This document shows positions 46,561 through 50,640 of a stretch of DNA of 50,640 nucleotides, one piece after another. Origin of the DNA: Ruminiclostridium sp. (GTDB lineage Bacteria > Bacillota > Clostridia > Oscillospirales > Oscillospiraceae); NCBI GenBank assembly GCA_017547425.1, contig JAFYPT010000139.1:1-50640 (forward strand). Reading direction: 5' to 3'. The notes below the pieces were generated by a model that worked only from the letters and a program-made list of their open reading frames with translations, was not told where the DNA came from and did not search any database. The translations under genes were made by a program, and so were the position numbers. Numbering within the stretch: the first letter of the stretch is position 1; every line of letters begins with the position of its first letter.

Positions 46561-46663
46561 AGCCTTGGAATGGCTGGACAGCGAAAGGTATGATGCAAGT
46601 GACTTTGATTTCTAAATGATCTTGTTCGTGTGATATATACTTGCGGCCTTTTTGTATGATAAA

Positions 46664-46710
46664 GATGGGCAGCATATCCCCAAACCGGGATACGCTGCCC
46701 ATCCTTTTTT
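46664..46710 (+). terminator. Intrinsic terminator
   Basis: GATGGGCAGC.TATCCC...GGGATA.GCTGCCCATC followed by a T-run. Confidence 0.8.
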
Positions 46711-46748
46711 CTCCTTATCGTGCCAATGATCAAACGATAATTGCCGGT

Positions 46749-46871
46749 TACTCCATATGTGACAGCATCGTCATGGGTCATCAGTTTCAGGGCATCCAAA
46801 GCCTCCTCCGAAAATCCGAGTGCTCTCAGATTCTCTGCACCATGCCCAGTATCTTCCATCACATCATGAAC
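46749..46871 (-). pseudogene. Internal fragment of an HD-domain (SpoT/Mesh1-like) protein gene
   Basis: Reads VHDVMEDTGHGAENLRALGFSEEALDALKLMTHDDAVTY, matching the HD..ED...L...GF...V...LT core; both termini are missing. Confidence 0.7.
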
Positions 46872-46925
46872 TGCGTCTAACAGAGTCTAATCACAACTAA
46901 TTACGAATGGTGATTTCTTGCGGAT

Positions 46926-46967
46926 AAAAAAGAAAAATCCTTGATATCCTAGGGATATCAAGGATTT
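46926..46967 (-). terminator. Intrinsic terminator immediately after the tRNA 3' fragment
   Basis: AAATCCTTGATATCC-cta-GGATATCAAGGATTT then TTCTTTTTT on the minus strand. Confidence 0.8.
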
Positions 46968-46972
46968 CCTTA

Positions 46973-47017
46973 TGGTTGTGAAGGCAGGACTTGAACCTGC
47001 GGCCTCCGGGTTATGAG
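46973..47017 (-). mobile_element. 3' half of initiator tRNA-Met (CAT): attachment-site remnant
   Basis: Minus strand CTCATAA CCCGG AGGCC GCAGG TTCAAGT CCTGC CTTCACA A CCA: anticodon loop, T-arm and CCA present; no matching 5' half upstream. Confidence 0.8.
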
Positions 47018-47196
47018 AGCTTATCTGTCCACTCACCATGTATGTTTATCCACCACAAACGAGCTATTCCGACTATAAAAAGTGCGATTTTCAGGGGTAT
47101 TTCCTACCTCTACGAACTCTGTATACAGCACAATGAATTCTCTATTACAGCGCAGATGCACAAATAATGAACAAGCTCATTATTGATTAAAGCCGC

Positions 47197-48216
47197 TTAC
47201 TCCCCTCTCATGCTTATGAGTGAAACTGCGCCATCAAACACGGCCTGAGAAACTCGAATAGAATCAAAGATTGCCCCATGGATATCATCCTCTGTGGCCC
47301 CCAGTTCCTTGGCAAAGCTGTCAGGGATGAACAAATTCAGGTCCATGATGCGGGGCAGTTCCAAAGGATCTATTCCGCTTTCAATGCCTTTTGCCGCATA
47401 CTCTTTTACCACGGAGGATACACCTAGTCTCATAGCCCAGGGCGGGATGGAGAGGATGGTACGACTCTTCCCCATTCCTCTGGCCTCATAGACGATCTTC
47501 AGAAATTCTTTCCAGGTCATATTATACATAGAGACAGGCCAGGCCTTTGTGCCGGTGGATCGTTCTGCCGCACCCACAATGACCTGCCCCACCTGGCGAA
47601 CGGTGATCATAGCCGTTCCGCCTCCTGGATACATGGTAAAGGGCAGTTTGTCCATGCGCTTCAGCTGCTCAATCAGGATGACCCACACAGGCTTTCTTCC
47701 TGGTTGGGTGCCAAAGATATAGGGAAGCTCCAGAACAGACACATCAAATGTTTTATCTGCAAAGGAAAAGGCCACGTTTTCCTGGTCAATTCGGCTGCGG
47801 ATATAGGGATGTTTTTCTGTCAGCCGCATATCCGGACGTTCCTTCGCCAGATAGGAAAAATAGGAGCCCAAAACCACAGCCTTTTTGACCCCTACCTCTT
47901 TACAGAGAGGCAGCAGTCGCCGCAAAGGTTGGATGTTATACTTGTCATAGGCATCATAAACTGGGGCAGGAAACTCCACCCGTTCGTCAACGCCAGCTGC
48001 AAATACAAAACAATCATGTTCTCGGAGGATTTGACGTATCTCATCATCGGTCTTATCATAGAGATTTCCCAGTTCCAACTTCATCTCTTTGGGGATGGGT
48101 GCTCCATCCGGAATGGGAGGAAGGGCAACGCTGGTCACACTGTGACCCCGTTCCAGGAAAATCTCTGCAGCGGCAGAACCCAGGAGGCCTGTCCCGCCAA
48201 CCATAAACACCTTCAC
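47197..48216 (-). CDS. NAD(P)-dependent epimerase/dehydratase (extended SDR)
   Basis: GGTGLLG Rossmann motif, FAAG; YxxxR in place of YxxxK. Confidence 0.85.
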   Translation of the reverse strand: MKVFMVGGTGLLGSAAAEIFLERGHSVTSVALPPIPDGAPIPKEMKLELGNLYDKTDDEIRQILREHDCFVFAAGVDERVEFPAPVYDAYDKYNIQPLRRLLPLCKEVGVKKAVVLGSYFSYLAKERPDMRLTEKHPYIRSRIDQENVAFSFADKTFDVSVLELPYIFGTQPGRKPVWVILIEQLKRMDKLPFTMYPGGGTAMITVRQVGQVIVGAAERSTGTKAWPVSMYNMTWKEFLKIVYEARGMGKSRTILSIPPWAMRLGVSSVVKEYAAKGIESGIDPLELPRIMDLNLFIPDSFAKELGATEDDIHGAIFDSIRVSQAVFDGAVSLISMRGE

Positions 48217-49754
48217 TCCGTCACCCTCTCTCTGAAGTTATCGAAAATCTCCGGTCCATATAAGTCATGTTCAGACTGGTCATGCTGAGGATACCAGACC
48301 TGAGCAAAGAAGGGATTCCTCTCTGCCTCCACACCATAGTCCCAAGGCCAGGGCAGTTCTTCCGGACACCAGTGTCCTCCCCGCAGGACCAGATTGGCAG
48401 ACATCATAAACTCATTTCCCATGGCACTTTTCCAAGGGATTGGTGTGTACACGTCCGGCAGTTCCTCAGCCAAACATTGACCACCACGGAAAGCCGCAGC
48501 TCTCTGAAGATCGTCCAATGTGATCGATTCAAAAGGCTTTGTCTCATCATAACCGTGATCCAGCCATATTACCTCCTGAGAATCTGACCGCTTGTCCGGG
48601 ATGATCAGCGGGAATTCCTCCCAATTGACAGGGATCTTTAGGTATTCCTCCATGCTGCCGTAATAAGCAGAGATTCGTTCCGGAATAGCATGCTTCACCC
48701 ACCAGAGTGTGCCGTATATCGGCGTTTCTGCAATGGATCTCATCCAGAATTTTTTCAGCAACGGAGCCCATGGCTTTGCCAAAAAGGCCAGCTTATAGTA
48801 CACAGGCACCTGGTCCATCATGCCTCGAAAATACTCTTTCACCGGCACATTGCTGCGGAAATGGCAGTACTCTTCCAGCACATCGCTGTCACAGTACCAC
48901 TGCCCATGAAAGTTCCGGGTGGCAAACCAGTTTGGTTCAAAGAGTCTCTTGGGAGATCCCAGTCCCAAAGTTTCCAGAAGGAGTTCTTCAAATTCATAAT
49001 TGGTCAAACGGTATTCTTCTCCGGAACCAATATTGTAGAATCTGCGCCAGAACTCGTCCGGAAGGTCATCGCAGCAAATATTCGCCAGCAGACGCCCGGA
49101 ATCCTCCACAGTCGCCCATTCCAGCACACCGTTCAACGGCACATGGTACATGATTGGCTCCATATTCTTAAGTATGGAAGGATACAGGATCCCGGACTGC
49201 CGAAGGGAAACCCAATACCGCAGGCCGGATTCTGCAAAGATGGCCTCTGCTCTCACCTTACTGATGGCATAGTGATCATACACGCTGATAAAAATCGGAT
49301 CACCGGTACGCCCCCAGTGAACAGGAGGGTTCCTCTCCCCCGTCTCCGCAACCGTTCCAATATAGACTACCTTTATCTGGTCCGGATTTGGCTGAGCCTT
49401 CACTGCGCGCACAATATTCTTGGCCGCAGTCACATTTGTTTTCAGGGTCTGCACGGGATAATAGTCTGCCGCAGGAGATACCATACCGCCCACATGGAGG
49501 ACATAATCCGCACCAGTGACGAATTCCAGCACATCCTCATAGCAGGTCAGATCACCCCAAACAATTCGCACCGAAGGATCCTTCGCGTATGGTTGGAGTT
49601 TTTTACTCTGTTTATCGCTGCTCCGCAAGAGCAAAACCAAATTAAACTGGTTTCTGCGATAAATCTCCTGAAATGTTTGATACCCCATGGTACCAGACGC
49701 ACCAGTTAACGCAACAGTCTTTTTACTCAAACATCTCACCTGCTCTTTGTACAT
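48213..49754 (-). CDS. Extended SDR / NAD-dependent epimerase with long C-terminal extension
   Basis: TGASGTMG, WGDLT, HVGGMVSP.AD, YAISK; C-terminal AAFRGGQCL...GGHWCP; overlaps the downstream gene. Confidence 0.85.
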   Translation of the reverse strand: MYKEQVRCLSKKTVALTGASGTMGYQTFQEIYRRNQFNLVLLLRSSDKQSKKLQPYAKDPSVRIVWGDLTCYEDVLEFVTGADYVLHVGGMVSPAADYYPVQTLKTNVTAAKNIVRAVKAQPNPDQIKVVYIGTVAETGERNPPVHWGRTGDPIFISVYDHYAISKVRAEAIFAESGLRYWVSLRQSGILYPSILKNMEPIMYHVPLNGVLEWATVEDSGRLLANICCDDLPDEFWRRFYNIGSGEEYRLTNYEFEELLLETLGLGSPKRLFEPNWFATRNFHGQWYCDSDVLEEYCHFRSNVPVKEYFRGMMDQVPVYYKLAFLAKPWAPLLKKFWMRSIAETPIYGTLWWVKHAIPERISAYYGSMEEYLKIPVNWEEFPLIIPDKRSDSQEVIWLDHGYDETKPFESITLDDLQRAAAFRGGQCLAEELPDVYTPIPWKSAMGNEFMMSANLVLRGGHWCPEELPWPWDYGVEAERNPFFAQVWYPQHDQSEHDLYGPEIFDNFRERVTE

Positions 49755-49778
49755 TGATATCTCTCTGCAGATAAACAG

Positions 49779-49979
49779 TTAAATTAACTTCTCGGTTGTC
49801 TCCTCTTCCCTTCTGGGCAGCGTTTTCAGCAAAACCAAAGCATAGGCCACCACCAGGAGGCGGAGAATCACAATTCGGTACATGGACTCATCACCGCCGG
49901 AAAAGGCAGACAGGGAGTTGAACACGCCGTGAGAAAGGATGCACGGCCACAGAGAGCCGCCGCGATAGAATATGATCAC
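49779..49979 (-). pseudogene. C-terminal fragment of a CPBP (CAAX/Abi) intramembrane metalloprotease gene
   Basis: IFYRGGSLWPCILSHGVFNSL is the final HxxxN motif; the upstream EExxFR and FxxxH motifs are absent. Confidence 0.7.
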
Positions 49980-50241
49980 ATCGGTATAACCCCCATTATG
50001 TTCATTTATCCCACCACCATTTTATCCTTTTGAGATATTGCATTTCTCAGTGTTTCAAAAAGAAAAATCCCTATTCAAATTATAACAAACTCCGATATGA
50101 TATGCAATTCAGGGAAACACTGAGTATTATTGACTATATAAAAGAAGTTGACAATATTTAAGGGTCTCTCCTCTATCATGTTAGAGATGCTGGACAACGG
50201 TGTCACCGCCCAAAAGGCCTACGAAAAAAGAATCAATCTTC

Positions 50242-50285
50242 GAAACGGCACTTTGGATCAGAAATCCAAGGTGCCGTTCTATTTT
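50242..50285 (+). terminator. Hairpin / intrinsic terminator
   Basis: AACGGCACTTTGGAT-cagaa-ATCCAAGGTGCCGTT then CTATTTT. Confidence 0.65.
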
Positions 50286-50390
50286 GCTGTACGAGCGGAA
50301 AAAGGCCCTTCTATTTTTCCATGGTTCCCATTTATCCCAGGCAGACTATCCGGTAGAATAGAATCACAGAAAAGGAAAGGAGGGACAACA

Positions 50391-50612
50391 ATGCTTGAGT
50401 TCCTGATCGTTATATTGTTTATCTGGCTGTCTGTGAAGGTGGTTGGATTCCTGCTTGGCCTGGCTTGGGGCACAGCAAAAATATTAGGTTCCGTCCTGTT
50501 CGTGCTGGCGGTACCTGCGCTGTTCCTCTGCCTGCTGTTCGCCGGTGGAGCGGTCCTGTTCCTGCCGGTGATCCTGATTGGCGCAGCCTACGGCATCCTG
50601 AAGGCCTGCTAA
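50391..50612 (+). CDS. Small hydrophobic membrane protein (73 aa)
   Basis: Strong RBS AAAGGAGG before ATG at 50391; almost entirely hydrophobic. Confidence 0.75.
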   Translation: MLEFLIVILFIWLSVKVVGFLLGLAWGTAKILGSVLFVLAVPALFLCLLFAGGAVLFLPVILIGAAYGILKAC

Positions 50613-50640
50613 CGCCAAATCCAACGTTCACAGAAAACAA

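Noticed and set aside
46973-47050. Complete tRNA-Met gene
   Set aside because: No D-arm or pairing 5' anticodon strand; only the 3' half is present.
50148-50390. 154-aa version of the last ORF
   Set aside because: The extension runs through a terminator hairpin; a strong RBS supports ATG at 50391.
1-50640. CRISPR arrays, riboswitches, T-boxes, IS elements, integrases, defence systems
   Set aside because: None recognised by eye; intergenic hairpins are explained as terminators. An Rfam/Infernal scan would be needed to exclude small structured RNAs.

Overview
Bacterial chromosomal DNA with strongly C/G-ending codons. Gene content and sigma-A/ECF promoter style suggest a gut anaerobe of the Clostridia, possibly Oscillospiraceae-like (inference). 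About 48 intact or edge-truncated CDS. The 1-30 kb stretch is mostly housekeeping and transport: NhaC-family transporter, coaBC, def, cls, an ECF sigma/anti-sigma pair, bcp-yaaA-fliB-like-MATE, an rsmH paralogue, feoAB, an NSS transporter, PadR-DUF2812, the TIGR03960/TIGR03936 radical SAM pair, a lipoprotein serpin, MgtC and rsmE. The 30-46.6 kb stretch holds three unexplained modules: (i) a cyclase divergent from ALDH-GPH transporter-cyclase, (ii) a macro-HTH fusion with a degenerate macro motif next to a vWA gene, and (iii) the best candidate for an undescribed system, a nine-gene operon. That operon encodes nicotinamidase, a PotD-type ABC importer, an atypical nucleoside hydrolase, Fe-ADH, PfkB kinase and ADP-ribosylglycohydrolase, behind a promoter with a NiaR-like TGT-N4-ACA palindrome. 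It plausibly scavenges NAD/nicotinamide-riboside/ADP-ribosyl breakdown products (hypothesis). At 46.97 kb a lone 3' half of an initiator tRNA-Met begins exactly at the anticodon loop and marks an integration (att) scar. Gene fragments flank it, and a more AT-rich segment with two extended SDRs follows. No CRISPR array, rRNA, intact tRNA, integrase or transposase was seen. All family calls come from motif recognition by eye; no database searches were run.
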